Positions 50,295 to 64,000 of a DNA stretch of 64,000 nucleotides are shown one piece after another. Source of the stretch: the human T2T-CHM13v2.0 reference genome, Homo sapiens. Every line of letters begins with the position of its first letter. The stretch's first letter is position 1. The stretch lies in the NCBI RefSeq assembly GCF_009914755.1, contig NC_060928.1, one strand, 5' to 3'. Under the pieces are notes generated by a model that saw only the letters and a list, made by a program, of their open reading frames with translations, was not told where the DNA came from and did no database searches. A program made the translations under genes and the position numbers.

Positions 50295-51533
50295 CTTCAA
50301 AGGTTCTTGAAATCAAAGAATCAGGCCAATACTTGGCTTGCCTATGCAGTGAGACAAACCCGTTCTGCTTTGTGTTACTTCTTCTCTTCTTCCCTTATTC
50401 TTTCAAGAAGCTTTTATCCAGAAACTCTTCCTTCACATCTGACACTAACTTTCTACTGCTAGTTTCCACTGCTTACTGACCTTTTATTTTATATTGCCGT
50501 GTTTTAATTTTACTTAATTTCTCTTTAGCATTATTATTCACCAGTCATATGAACTGTATGAAGCAGTCTATCACACTTTCCAATCTTTTCAAAAGTATTT
50601 ATTAACATTGTACATTACAACAAAACTATTGCTTGTCTGTTTTGTATTATTCTTTCTGAAATATGTCCTACAAATACAAGTTATTTCTGCATAAGTTTTT
50701 AACCCAGAATAAATCTAATACACTTTCATGTTGGGTGGGTGATTGTCTCCTTATAAAAGTAACAGTAGTAAATGTTTTGCCTCTTGAAACTTTGATAAAC
50801 ATTTCTTTGCTTTCCATTTTATAGCGCTTTCACAGTGCTCACCAAACTTCCTGTTTTTTCCCTGAATATGCAGGAACTGAATTTTCTTTCTTCAGCTGTA
50901 TTTTATCATTTAACATTCTTGTTTAGTTGAAGTATCAGTAATGAACAACTGCAATGACTCATTTCAGGAGAAATATGAATAATAATAGCGTTTAAATTTC
51001 TTTAGTGCTTTATAGTTACCAAAACATTTCACATATATTTCAAAATTTGATCTTCATGGCAACCCTGGAACTGATCTACAAATATTTTTTAGTCTTAAAA
51101 TTAATAAATAATACATTAAATAGCATATTAACATGTTCATTTCTTCCATCTTAAGGTTTAAACATTTATTAGAACTTCTTTGGAAATTATACCTTAGTTT
51201 CCCCTCTAAAAGCCTCTAACGGGGAATATCAAACCTTCATGGTAAAGAAATAAAATAGTCATTTTGGAGTCATTACAGCCAGTTGAGTTGGTAGCTGACT
51301 GCAGCTAGTCACAATCTATAATCACAACTAACTTTAAAATAAATGATTCTTTATTACAATATATTTTTAATTTGCCCTGTGTTCTATACTAGGTTAATGT
51401 AGAGCATAGGAAAAAAGGAGGCTGAGTAATTAGGTCCAGTTCTTTTGTAGAGGCCTCTGGTGCTAAGCAGACTTAGCATTTTGATGTTATAAAACACAAA
51501 ACCAAAAATATCACAAAACCAAACCCAAGCCCC

Positions 51534-51850
<317 letters not shown>

Positions 51851-53034
51851 CCAATTTTCTTGAAAATATTTTATATACTACCTTCCTTCAAAATTTAAAT
51901 TACATATACTCATTCTTGAAATCAGAATTACTGTAAAATATTTTTTCTTACTACCGCAAAATCCAAGGAGAATTTGGAGAACAGTTCAAACTTAACTTCT
52001 AGTCAAGTGAATCAACATTCCCTGTTTACATAGTAGAATAGCTCACAGAATTCTAAACATAGTTGTATTCTGACTGTGTCACCTGTTGACCTTTCTTGGA
52101 AATTATTTTCATATAACATAACATATCTATAATTACATGATACATAATATATAAATATGTCCTTATACTTAAATAATTTGTTAGATCCTCAGCTATCTAT
52201 TCTTAGGTAAATTTTAACAAAGATTCACTGCTTGCTGCCTTCTTTAAATTTTATTCTGATGACCAATTTCTATTTTAAATTCAGATTTATTTTCCTTCTG
52301 CTAACTTTCCATAACTTTAGCTGGGACACACCAACAGCTGGAATACTTTTTAAAACCCATCTTCCTCTCTCTGTGGTTTCATTTTCCTTCCTTTTCCTCT
52401 CTCAGGTGTTCAATTTCTCTACTCTCAGGTCCTTCCATACCCTCTCCCTCCCTGCTCTTTCCTTCCAGTTGGTATAGCTGACTGGGAGTCATCAGTTCCC
52501 AAAAAGAAGAGGGAGAAAGCACGTTCATACCCTGTACTTTTTGGCTAGTTTCCTGTTGTTGCTCCTTTTCTACTTCTCTCCACCCTGTCAACCCCACCTT
52601 TTTTCCACCTCCAAACCCCCTACCTTCCTGTCTGTGACTGTTAACTCCTTTTCCAGCACATTCTCTCTATTATTGCCCCCATTATTAATTTCTCATAACT
52701 GCTACTGGAATTTTTTAAATCATTATTGAGTTATTTTTCCATGTGGTACTCTTAATGTTACAGCTTAAGAATAAAGGCTAAAAGATACAATTATTGTTAA
52801 AAAGAAGAAACATCAGATATTAAACTCACTGAGTAAAGGTCACACTGACCATTAATACTGGGGCTTAGGTGGGAGACTGGCAACCTCAGCCCCAGGCAGT
52901 TCCAAAACTTTTATACTTCTTGAATATTAAGAGTCATGACGGTGGATTCTGGCTTTCTACTGCCAAAATGCACACTAGAAGGAAGTGTTCTGCTTTTGGT
53001 GTGACGCCAATAATGTGTAAGATAACTATGCATT

Positions 53035-53339
53035 GGCCGGGCGCAGTGGCTCACCCCTGAAATCCCAGCACTTTGGGAGGCCGAGGTGGGCAGACCATGA
53101 GGTCAGGAGCTTGAGACCAGCTTGGCTAACATAGTGAAAGCCTGTCTCTACCAAAAATATTAAAAAGTTAGCCGGGTGTGGTGGTGCACACCTGTAATCC
53201 CAGCTACTAGGGAGGCTGAGGCAGCAGAATCACTTGAACCCAGGAGGCAAAAGTTGCAGTGAGCCAAGATGGTGCCACTGAACTCCAGCCTGGATGACAG
53301 AACAAGACTCCGTCCCAAAAAACAAACAAACAAACAAAA
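53035..53339 (+). mobile_element. Full-length AluS (Sg/Sc-like) with 11-bp TSD AACTATGCATT
   Basis: ggccgggcgcagtggctcac... through an (AAAC)n tail; TSD at 53024-53034 and 53340-53350. Confidence 0.95.
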
Positions 53340-53900
53340 AACTATGCATTCATGGAAGAAACAATTCTTCTTCTGTTCTATCCAATATTTGTGGAAATTG
53401 TTAATGTCTTAAGAAGCATGTCTGTTGCAAGCCTAAAGATGCCTTGAGGATGTGTATTCTTGCTTTAATTCACACAGAGATAAAGACATCTTATACTTTA
53501 TTCTCCTGGCCTCCCATGAAAATTGTTCACAAGAAAAATTCACTAGCATGTCATTAAAAATGATTAATTCAAAAAGAAGAACTTGAAGGACATGTCTTCA
53601 AGTACCTGAAGTGTTATTAAATGGAGTAGCAATTAAATAAATAATTAGACTTATTTCCAGACTACAGTAATAGGACCAAAAGTAAAAGAATATTTTTACT
53701 GCTATAAGGAAAATGGGGGAGAATTTTGCCTAGTTGTACATGTTTCCCTATCTTTAGGTTATATCCTTTTTTCTATGACTTAGCTACTCTAGGGGAAAGG
53801 AGTCTTTTCTCCGTTCTAGGGGAGATCCTATCATAAAGTCCTTCAGATCTGGCCTGATAGCTTAAATAGAACTTAAAGAAATTTATTAAACCTTCTATCA

Positions 53901-54106
53901 CAGTAGTTTTTAACTAGGGGTAATTTTGTTCACAGAAGACATTTGGCAGTTTCTGGAAACATTTTTGGTAGTCACAATTTGGGGTGCAGTGCTACTAGGC
54001 AGAAGCCAGAGATGCTGCTAAACATCCTGCAAGGCACAGGATGGTACCCCACAACAAAAAAATTTTCATTTCTAAATGTCAACAGTGCTGAGGATGAGAT
54101 ACCCTG
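53901..54106 (+). mobile_element. MER20 (hAT-Charlie)
   Basis: gacatttggcagtttctggaaacatttttggtagtcacaa...gatgctgctaaacatcctgcaaggcacagga...aaatgtcaacagtgctgagg. Confidence 0.85.
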
Positions 54107-54177
54107 GTTTATCAAGACAATGTCCTGGTTAATTAATCCTGCTGCCTAATCCCATTTTGCATGTTAGAAACCAAATA

Positions 54178-54695
54178 CAGTGATCTCTGTTTATCCATGG
54201 ACGATATGTTCCAAGATCCCCAGTGGATGCCTGACACTGCAGATAATACTTAACCTTGTATATGCTACATTGTTTTTTCCTATACAAATATACCTATGAT
54301 AAAGTTTAATTTATAAATTAAGCACATTAAGAGATTAACAACCACTGGTTGGCATATACTTGGCTTCTCTTTGACATATTTGAATTGCCAACATCACTAC
54401 TCTCATGCTTTGGCGCCATTATTAAATAAAATAAGAGTTATTCAAACACAAGCACCAAGTGATTAAGGGTAGATAGCATGTACAGAGCGCATGCTGGACA
54501 AAATGATGATTCACTTTCCGGGCAGGATGGAGCAGGAAGGCATGGGATTCATCACACTGCTTGGAATGGCATACAATTGAAAACTTATGAATTACTTATT
54601 CTGGAATTTTGCATTTACTATTTTTGGACCAGGACTGACCATGAGTAACTGAAACTGGGGAAAGCAAAACCATGGACGAGGCGGGGGGACAGCTG
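54178..54695 (-). mobile_element. MER44/Tigger7-type TcMar element with TA TSDs
   Basis: TA|cagtg...cagctg|TA; internal gttccaagatccccagtggatgcctga, aaaacttatgaatt, gtaactgaaactg. Confidence 0.8.
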
Positions 54696-55484
54696 TATTA
54701 CTTCATTCTTTCTCTCGTCTTTTCTATAAATCCTTACCATTGCTTCCCATACTCAGGCAGTTGGATATTTTGGGCAAGCTTGAGGAACGGCTCACAGAAA
54801 TAAATGAGAAAAGTGTATTTACAATTTTCCAAATTTGGTCCTTGTTAGAAATGTCTCACCATTAGAAATAGTGACAAATAGATTGTTAATATGGCTGAAT
54901 AAGAGCTTGAGCTATTAATTTAGATTCCTTTAGCCCTATATTTCCTCTTTCCATGATCTCCATCCAAGCAAGTGGCTGACTCTTCACTTTATTGAGTTAG
55001 AGAAACTATATGGTTGTGTAGAAACAAGAGCAGCATACAATATTTTTGGGATTTGTAGTTAAAACCCTAACACTTAGAAGAAGTTAGAGGGTTTGTGGAT
55101 GAAGACAATGGGACAAGGGGATTCCCAGATATCAGCAGGGTATCTTAAAGACTCAACAGCAGAAACTAAAAAAACAACACACAAAGTAACTTCCACCCAC
55201 AAACTAAAAGAACAACCTCTGACATTGTAGGAGTGTTTGGTCAGGAGGCAAATATATGAAGAAAGAAATATCTTGGGGCTGTAAAACTCTGGTAGGTTTG
55301 TCAGAGAGGAAAAATACTTAGAGAACAGTGTCTGGCACATTCCTACTGCAGATACAGCACACACATAGCAGAGGTTTAACAATTGTTAAGGAATAGTTTA
55401 GGACAACAATAATCATTCCAGTGGCAATCAATATTAACAAATGGCTAATAATCGAGGTCCCCTAAATTACCTTAAGCTTGCCCC

Positions 55485-55660
55485 AAACCTGGAGGGAGGG
55501 ATGGAAAACCAAGAGAGACTGATATTTGGTCAATCTGACATAATGAAGAATTAGAGAACAATGAACATTGAGTTTACATCTCTGCTTCTTCATTATGTTG
55601 GATTAGCAAAAATTATATTAATGAGTCACTCTTAGGTTTTCCATTCCTCCCTCCAGGTTT
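55485..55660. repeat. 176-bp imperfect palindrome / fold-back element
   Basis: The left arm aaacctggagggagggatggaaaacc and the reverse complement of the right arm aaacctggagggaggaatggaaaacc match at 25/26; inner arms also pair. Confidence 0.9.
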
Positions 55661-56149
55661 ACTCGATTGTAAAATTTTAAAAATTACATTGCTCACACCT
55701 GTAGATTTGGAAATTCTTATTCCTTACAAGAGAGTTGTACTTAGTTTCCCACTAGTGAAAAGCGTTTAAGGAAAAAGCATATTTCCCCAACCATTCACAA
55801 TTTCACCTGCACACAATCTGTTTAAAATTATATTTTTCAACCTGCGAAGCATCGTCTATTAGTGGGTTGTGAAATCAAATCAGTAACTTAAAACATTTTA
55901 CAGAGAATAGTTCAGATGAAAAAAGAAAACAGAATATATCAAATGTATGACACATGCCTAACTTAAGTATTACTTGGTGAAAGTGTGTACTGGAAGCCAC
56001 ATACAATGTACTGCTTAAAGCAAACTGTTTTAAAGACACTGTTTCAGGAAACCATTAGGACTCATCCCATCATGCCCTACATTCCAATTTACTACATCAT
56101 CATAAGAAGTCTCTCATCTCCACATAATTCTGAGCATTTTCTCATCTAA

Positions 56150-58620
56150 CCCTTGTTTTCCCCTTCTTCCCTCTCATTTTCCACTGTGCCTTCCGGAACT
56201 CACTTCCTCATGAGAAAAATCCATTATATCTTCAATGGCGTTTAAAAATGCCCCTTTATCGTCTTGTCCTAACTTAATCCTTGCTCTGCCTCAATGATCA
56301 TGCTTCCCCTACAGACCTCTCAAGTCACAGCTGTTTCTCTCATGCTCCTTATGCAATTTAGGCCAGAAGTGGGGTAAGTATTCTTCCAGACTACTGTCCC
56401 TCACTTCTTCCTAAAACCCCCAACTTCAGACCTCTTGCCATCAGATTTTACCACTTGCTACCTTCCTTCTTGGGGACAATACAGATGCTCAGATCTCCTT
56501 ATTTCTTACAATTATTATTTCCTGTTTCTCTCTCTCCCTCATTATTTCTGTTCTTTCTCTTCATAATTATTTCCATATCCATATTGTATATCCTTCAGTA
56601 TGATTGCCTCTCAGTTTTTTCAATCTGCTTTCCTCTGATGAGCTTGTCCTCCACCCACAACCATAGATACAATGCCTTAAGCATACTGACTGGTTTTTAC
56701 TTTAAATTCATTACCATTACCTTTAGCTCTCTGGCAATCCAACTGTATCTCCCTAGACTATTCACCCTCCCACTCTCCTAGATGCTGCTCTTCTCCTCTC
56801 CAATCTCCAGTGCATTTTTTCCATTCTCATTCTCAAATGAAACAGAAACAATCAGAAGTAATTTCATATATTCCCACTACTCCATCTTCAAGGTTACCAG
56901 TATCCATGACCATTTCCCTGCTTTTCCTCCTGATATGATAGACAGACTCTCTGTACCTTTACCTAAGAGCAAGTCATACACACGTGTTTCTCAACCAGGA
57001 GTGATTTTTTCCCTCAAAGGGCAAACGTCTAGATACATTTTTGGTTGTTACAACTCAATGAGAGGGAGCAGGTGATTATGGCATTTAGTAGGTAGAGGGC
57101 AGAGATGCTGCTAAACATCCTACAATATACAGAAGAGCCCCCTCAACAAAGAATTGTCTGGTCGAGGGTCCAGGAAGTCAGTAGTGCCAAGGCAAAGAAA
57201 CCCTGTACTGAAACCTGCCCCTCCCCAGCACCTCTCCCCTTCCTCCTTTACATCCCCAAGTTTTCTTCTTATCGAATCATTTCTACCTTCATACAATTGT
57301 ACTGTTGATATTTCCTATTTTAAAAATATTTTTCTCATTGCCATATTTCCTTCTAGCTACCTCCTGCCTTTCTCTGATCCCCATAAACAACAAAATTCAT
57401 GAATGAGTGAGAGAATTTTCTGCTCTAGAAATCACCAAATCTTTTCTTCCTGCTCTCTCTTGAGCTCAGAGAGTTCAACCAAACTTTCTCATCACTCACA
57501 ATAATAGTATGTCATGTTGTCAAATTTAATGGTCAGTTCTTCTCATCTGACAAGTATTAACATTTAGCATGATTGATCACTTCCTGCTTCTTGAAATAAT
57601 TTCTTCTCTTGGTTGCTGGCCACCTCTCTCAGTTTGTCTCTTACCTCACTGGCTGGGGATTTTCAGTGTCTTGCTTTCATTTTATTCATGGCTTAACTTT
57701 AAAATATTTTGATCTCTTTTCTAACTATACTAGTTTCCTGGGTGACCTCATCTAGTCTCATGGCTTTAAATTTCATCTATATGCTGATGGCTTCTGAATT
57801 TATATTTCTAGGATCAACTTCTCTCTAACTCCAGACTTTTATAATCAACACCTATTTAACATTGTCACGTGTTTACCTAATAGATAGCCAAAACAGAACT
57901 CCTAATTTTATCCCCCAGACCTATTCTTACAGCAATCTGTCCTTTCTAAGTTAATGGACCCATTCTGCAAAGTAGCTTAATTCAAAACACTTGGTGTCAT
58001 TCCTATCTTCCTCTGTTTCTTTTGTACTGTACACTTTCTATCTATCAGCCACTCCTGCTGCTCTGTCTTCAACATGTATCCAATATCCAACCTTTCAATC
58101 CCCTCCAATGCAAATGCATCAGTCAAAGCTGCATTCTCTTAGGACTGGATTATTTCAATAGTTTCCTAATAGTACTTCTGGCTTTCACCCTTGTGTCCTG
58201 TACAGTCTATCCTCTACCCAACTCCAGAGAGATCATTTTGAAAATTAATTCAGACCATGTAATTTTGCTCAGAACCCTTCATTGGCTTCCCTTATCTTTC
58301 AGAATAAAATTTGCAATCCTTGCCATTATCTATAAGATCACACATGATAATGATCACTGTTTCCTTTGACCTCTTCTTGTACCAGTCTTGTTCTCTCTCA
58401 CTCTTTGCCAATCACATTGGCTTCCTTGTTCTTTCTGGACTACATCAAGCATGTTTTTTTTTTTTTTTTTTTCCCAGAACATTTTTTCTCTCCATAGCTG
58501 TGCAACTTGCTTCCTCACTTTCCATTTTTCTGTTGAATGGCAATTTATTAAAAATGCCTCCCTTGACCACCAGTTGTTATTTAACAACACTTCCTCCTCC
58601 CACCTGATATCTCCATCCTG
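56150..58620 (+). mobile_element. L2 LINE fragments
   Basis: ttgtcaaatttaatggtcagttct..., ctcatctagtctcatggctttaaatttcatctatatgctgatg..., ctggattatttcaatagtttcctaa. Boundaries approximate. Confidence 0.7.
56981..57205 (+). mobile_element. MER20 inserted in L2
   Basis: tttctcaaccaggagtgattt...catttttggttgttacaact...gatgctgctaaacatcctaca...gtagtgccaaggcaaagaaaccctg. Confidence 0.82.
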
Positions 58621-58635
58621 CTTACTATGAAAAAT

Positions 58636-58685
58636 ATTCTATTCTATTCTATTCTATTCTATTCTATTCTATTCTATTCTATTCT
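58636..58685 (+). repeat. Perfect (ATTCT)10 pentanucleotide repeat
   Basis: Ten uninterrupted copies, in the position of the adjacent Alu's tail. Confidence 0.97.
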
Positions 58686-58688
58686 ATT

Positions 58689-58969
58689 AAGACAGGGTCT
58701 TGCTATGTCACCCAGGCTGAGTTCAGGGACACGGTCATGGCTCACTGCAGCCTCAACCGTCTGGGTTCAAGCAACCCTCCCACTTCAGCCTCTCAAGTAG
58801 CTGAGACTACAGGCATGTGCCACCATGCCTGGCTATTTTTTTTTATTTTTTATAGAGACGGGGCCATGCTATGTTGCCCAGCTGGTCTTGAACTCCTGCA
58901 TACAAGCAGTCCTCCTGCCTGGGCCTCACAAAGGGCTGGGATTACAGACGTGAGCCACTGTGCCAGGCC
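58689..58969 (-). mobile_element. AluJ
   Basis: agacagggtcttgctatgtcacccaggctg...catggctcactgcagcctcaacc...gggattacagacgtgagccactgtgccaggcc. Confidence 0.92.
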
Positions 58970-61900
58970 AAATTTTTTTTAAGTGGTTCATTTATCATTT
59001 GCCTCGCTCTATTGGAATTTAGTTCATAAAGGTCATGGTTGTTTTGTTGTTATTGTTATTTATTATCAAATCTCTAGCACCCAGAATCATACCTGGGTAC
59101 TATTATTTTAGTAAACACTTTTAATACATTTAAAAAATTTTGTCATTACAAGTTGAAAACTTTTTTCATGATGATTTTAAAAACGTCACCTTTAAAATTA
59201 TTATTGTCTCAGAAAACTTATCGTAAGGTACCGAAATTAAACTCTGCTTTGTGACTCAACCCTCCCCTGAGCAGGTCTGACACTTTTGGAATACTATCCT
59301 CCTTGAGGACTACCTTCTTGTGTGAGACAATTTGTCATGGCAAACATAATAAAATATTGATGGAATTCCATCATATTGAATTAAAATGTCTGCACATTGT
59401 ACTGTTACATAGTGTCAGGGCAGAACCCAAACCCTGCATTGCAGGAGTCCTTAGTGACTTGCTATTTTTTAGAAGTTTAATGCAGCAATCAGGCATCAGT
59501 AAATATTTACTCAGTTGAATCATATGACAGAATTACTTTACAATCATTTGTAATTAAACATCTTGATATATGGTCTTAACATGGCTATAGAATTGGAGCT
59601 CTAACAACATGTTCAATCTCTGATTTCTAGGCTAAGAACTCTGGGTTCTTAGAGTATTTGTGGATGCCCAAGGGCTCCTTTTGGATTATTGTCCCCTGAG
59701 TGGAAAAAGAGCAAAGCATCAACAATAAATGAAAAATAAAATATCATTAAGGTTCATTTCTCTTTGTTTTCCACTCTCCATGGTGGCTGCAGTGTATCAC
59801 CTGCCTTCTGGCATATAAGCTCTGGGTGACTCTCATGTCTGCTGGAGTACTGCAGGCTTCCCTGTCATCATGGTATGATCCTCCCAAGCCAATTTGGGGC
59901 TGCAGGCCACCACTTCCACTCTCATCACGTTCCCTGTTTGTGCTTGTTTGTGGGGTACCTATCATCCTGCTATGACAGTCTGTCCTGTCCTGCTTCTTTA
60001 TCCCCATGTCACCGTCTCTGCAATTTCTCTGCTATCACTAGTTCCTGAACTCTGGTTACTGACAGCTTGCCAACAGCACACTCTGTGCCCTTGTCATCTC
60101 TAGCCCATCACACCTGCTGCTGCCACCTGCTCCGGTACCTTGCCAACATCTCCCCTACTGCCTTCAATGCCGGCCATGCGCCTTCAGGAGGAGAAAGGAC
60201 TTTTTCTAATCAGTGGCTGCTGCTGGACAGTGACACACTAAACAGTGACATCTGGGAAATATCAAGTCATCTGTCCTTGAGATGGTGTATACTCTTATTG
60301 TTGCCAAGATATTTTACCATCAAATTCTGGGGTCTGTGGTGTTTACTGTTCTAATACCTTCTTTTCCTGGCTAAGACCTGCAGCCTCTATTAAAATAAAT
60401 TCTAACCTTTAGTTTAAACTATTCCATTGTCTTGTTTTCAAAGTCTTCTCCTTTGATTGGCATACCAAAATTTAGTTATGGGGGAGGGAGGGAGGAATAT
60501 GTGGTGGTTAAAAGTTTAGTTCCAGCATCACTGATATTATCTAAGATAATAGAAATATATCAAAACAAAGAGCTCTCTATTATGTTTACAGGTATGCCTG
60601 AGTTAAGCATTTACATGTTAACATGAATATTAAGTTGGTAAATAATCTGTAAAAGATAACTAATTAGGATATTGGTAACTGTATTACACACTTCTAGGTA
60701 AATAATGTGTCCCATAATATTCTATTTTTCCAAAGTGCGAAGGAGAAGATGGAGATGTGTGTGTGAAAGAGAGAGAGAGAAAATGGGAGAATATTTTGGG
60801 ATTAATGTAAATTTTCTATTTATATCAATATAAATTAAAACAAAATTGTTTTTAAAATGTATATCTATAAAATAACAGATTAGTGGAGATCCATAGATAA
60901 ATGGAAATCAAAATATATTAATGTTCTATAGAAACAATAAATTATAGTGTAAGTATGAAGATGATTAATAGAAAGGTTATTTCCAATGCACAGCCTCCAA
61001 AATAGTAAAATAACTTATTAATAAGGCAGTCTATGTCATTAATGAGTAGCTCTAATGCTAGAAAAATTATACTAAGCCAAAAGCTACTTTCCTTTACACT
61101 AGTTCTACGTTCTGAGTGACACAAAATAGTCTAATCTCATTTGCAAAGCTCGTTAAATAATTGAAGACACTTTTATGAAATTATAAAATCTAGAAGAGCC
61201 ATGTTGCTTTAGAAGTGAGGAGTCAAGAGTTTCATGCATTGCTCAAGGGGTTTGTGGAGAGCTTTTTGAGGAGGATTCTGGCAATACATATTGTAATATA
61301 AAATATACATAAACTTTGACCCATCTATCCCAGTTTTAGGAATCTATGCCACAGAAATACAATCATTGGTACAATTGAATGTACCAATGTATATTAATGC
61401 ATTGTAAACAAATGGTAAAAAGTTATTGGAAACAACTTGAATAATTATAAAATGTATATATATTTATTCTATGTAACTCTATTGAACAGAAGGCAAGTAT
61501 TTAAGAAAGAGAACTATATCCATATGTATTGATCCAGTTTGCCCTTGGTATATTTTTATGTGAGGAATGCATAACTATGTGTATTACAAAATGCAATTTC
61601 TTAAAACTAACAATCCAAATATATATTTGGGGATAGCACAGAAAAGACATGAAAGAGGATAGTACACACTGCTAACTGTTCATGTTTTTAAAAATATACA
61701 TCTCTTTTGTTTGAATAAGTTTGCATTTCTTTTAAAATTAAATTATCTAATACTTAAAAATGTAAATCATTTTAAAAAAGCTCAATCTGTGCTGTTTCAT
61801 AACTACATGAAAATATATTTGCTTCTAAAATTTCTTGTGGTTTGAAAATTGTATGCTCATTTTCTAGTCACAGACAAACTTATACCCAAGAAACCCTTGG

Positions 61901-62534
61901 TTTTCATACATTAATCACTAAGGATCTTGTTAATAGTTATTCAACTTTAGTAGTTATTCAGCTTTAATAAAGTTATGGCAATAAGGCCTCTGTTATTTTA
62001 GAAGTACACACTTTTATATTTGGATCGAAAGTGAGAATATATCTAAGTAAATGTCAAAAAGTTATATCTACAGGAAAAGGTATGGTCCCCCCAAATATTT
62101 TATTTTCTAGGCTAAACATCTTTCAAACAAAGAAAACATTCTCAGATCCTTTACAGCATGTTGATTGTCATTCTCTGGTTCCAGTTTAAGATATGTTATT
62201 CTGCTTTGGAGACATTTATCTATATCTTTCTTAAAGCATCCCAATATTGCAACTGATTTTTAGAAGACTTATCTCAATGGAGATTTACACTGATAGTATA
62301 GCAAATGTGTGTTGTATTGTAATTTTGAATGTTTCAACACAGCTTTGTTGAGTCCTCTATTATCTATTTTGTGTTTGAGCAACTTGTGTTTTTTAGCCTA
62401 AATGCAGGACTTTACCATTATCCATTTTCAATTTGATGATGTACACTATGTTAAAATGAGAAAGGAACTATATTGTACATACAGTATGGTTACCACTACA
62501 TGAAAAATATACCTACCTGTTAAAATAAATCATG

Positions 62535-63015
62535 CTTACAGTGGTGCTATTCATAATAGCAAAGAGGTAGAAGCAATACAAATGTCCATCAATGGGTGAG
62601 TAGATACACAAAATGAACATACAGTAGAATATTACTGGACTTCAAATAGAAAGGAAATCTGTCATATGCCACAGCATGGATAAACCTTGAGGACATTATG
62701 CTAAATGCAATAAGCTACTCACAAAAAGACAAATATGATTCTACTCGTGTACGAGATCTAAAATAGTCAAATTCACAAAAAACGGAAAGTAGCATGGTGG
62801 TTACCAGAAACTGAGGAAAGGGGAGAATAGGAGTTGTGTTAAACTCCTATTTAGGGATAAAATTTAGGTATAAATTTTCAGTTTGGCAAGATCAAAAGGC
62901 TCTGGATATCCATTTCACAACACTCTGAATGTACTTAACACTACTGAGCTATACACTTGAAAGTAGGTAATATGAGAAATTTTATGTTAACTGTTATTTA
63001 CTACTATTTAAAAAG
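62535..63015 (+). mobile_element. L1MA/L1MB 3' end
   Basis: ctattcataatagcaaag...aaatgtccatcaatgg...cagcatggataaaccttgaggacattatgctaa...tacttaacactactgagctatacactt. Confidence 0.85.
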
Positions 63016-63135
63016 CAGAAACAGCAAAACGTATTGATATAGATGTGAGGGATTGAGGGATGTGGATGTACACAATAACTCAAAGCATTCTGCCTTGCAC
63101 AACTTGGTAATGGTGATTGCATTAATAGATAAGTG

Positions 63136-63486
<351 letters not shown>

Positions 63487-64000
63487 TTATAATAGACACT
63501 GTGGTGCTTTGCACCATCTCTTCTTTGCCCAAGTGATTTCAGCACTGCTCTGGTAAGCAGTTCCATGCACATTGCTAGGGTCCCATCTTAATGAGAAGAT
63601 GTGCATTGTTGCTTTCCTACTTCAGGGCTTTCTCCTAAGGCACACGTATTCCAAACCAACACACAGATGCAGCCTGGAAGTGGGAGGAAAAGGAATCAAT
63701 GGATCATTGCTCCTACTTCCCCATCCTACTCAGATACTGTTTTCAGGCAGTTTCTACAGGGAGCCCAATATGTCCCAGTGGATCTGAGCCCCAGTTGCTG
63801 TTGCTGTTAACCAGTTTAATAATGTACCCCACTCGTGCCTCTTTTGTCTTTTTTTTTCCATTTCTGCTTTCATTCTCTGAAAGCTCTTTTTTTTGTCCTG
63901 ATTCTTAGAGTAATCTTCCAAATAAAATATATATTAATATACCCAATCTTTGTCTCAGGTTTTCATCAAAACTACAGACAGTTTTCAAAAGAAGACATAC

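Overview
This is primate, almost certainly human, genomic DNA containing the complete PRDM8 gene on the + strand. Three coding exons (16490-16708, 17699-17930, 18323-19941) join through canonical GT-AG sites into 2070 nt, giving 689 aa: a PR/SET domain, an atypical C2HC finger, a Gly/Ala/Ser-rich linker and two C-terminal C2H2 fingers. A non-coding exon ends at 14173, several more 5' non-coding exons are likely between about 1.7 and 13 kb, and the 3' UTR ends near 20735. The first ~29 kb has six CpG-rich blocks and many microsatellites but no Alu or L1 that I could recognise. The remaining ~35 kb is AT-rich intergenic DNA (toward FGF5, from recall of the locus) full of Alu, MIR, L1, L2, MaLR/ERVL LTR and DNA-transposon fossils. 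I found no evidence for a wholly new biological system. The best leads are an unassigned 176-bp fold-back palindrome (55485-55660), a TAATCCC cluster at a candidate distal promoter, a strong-Kozak uORF, a NAGNAG/UG-repeat acceptor, repeated SAF motifs in PRDM8, convergent CTCF-like motifs, a long unexplained ORF and an Alu-derived (ATTCT)10 repeat. Repeat family names and many boundaries were assigned by eye and are approximate.
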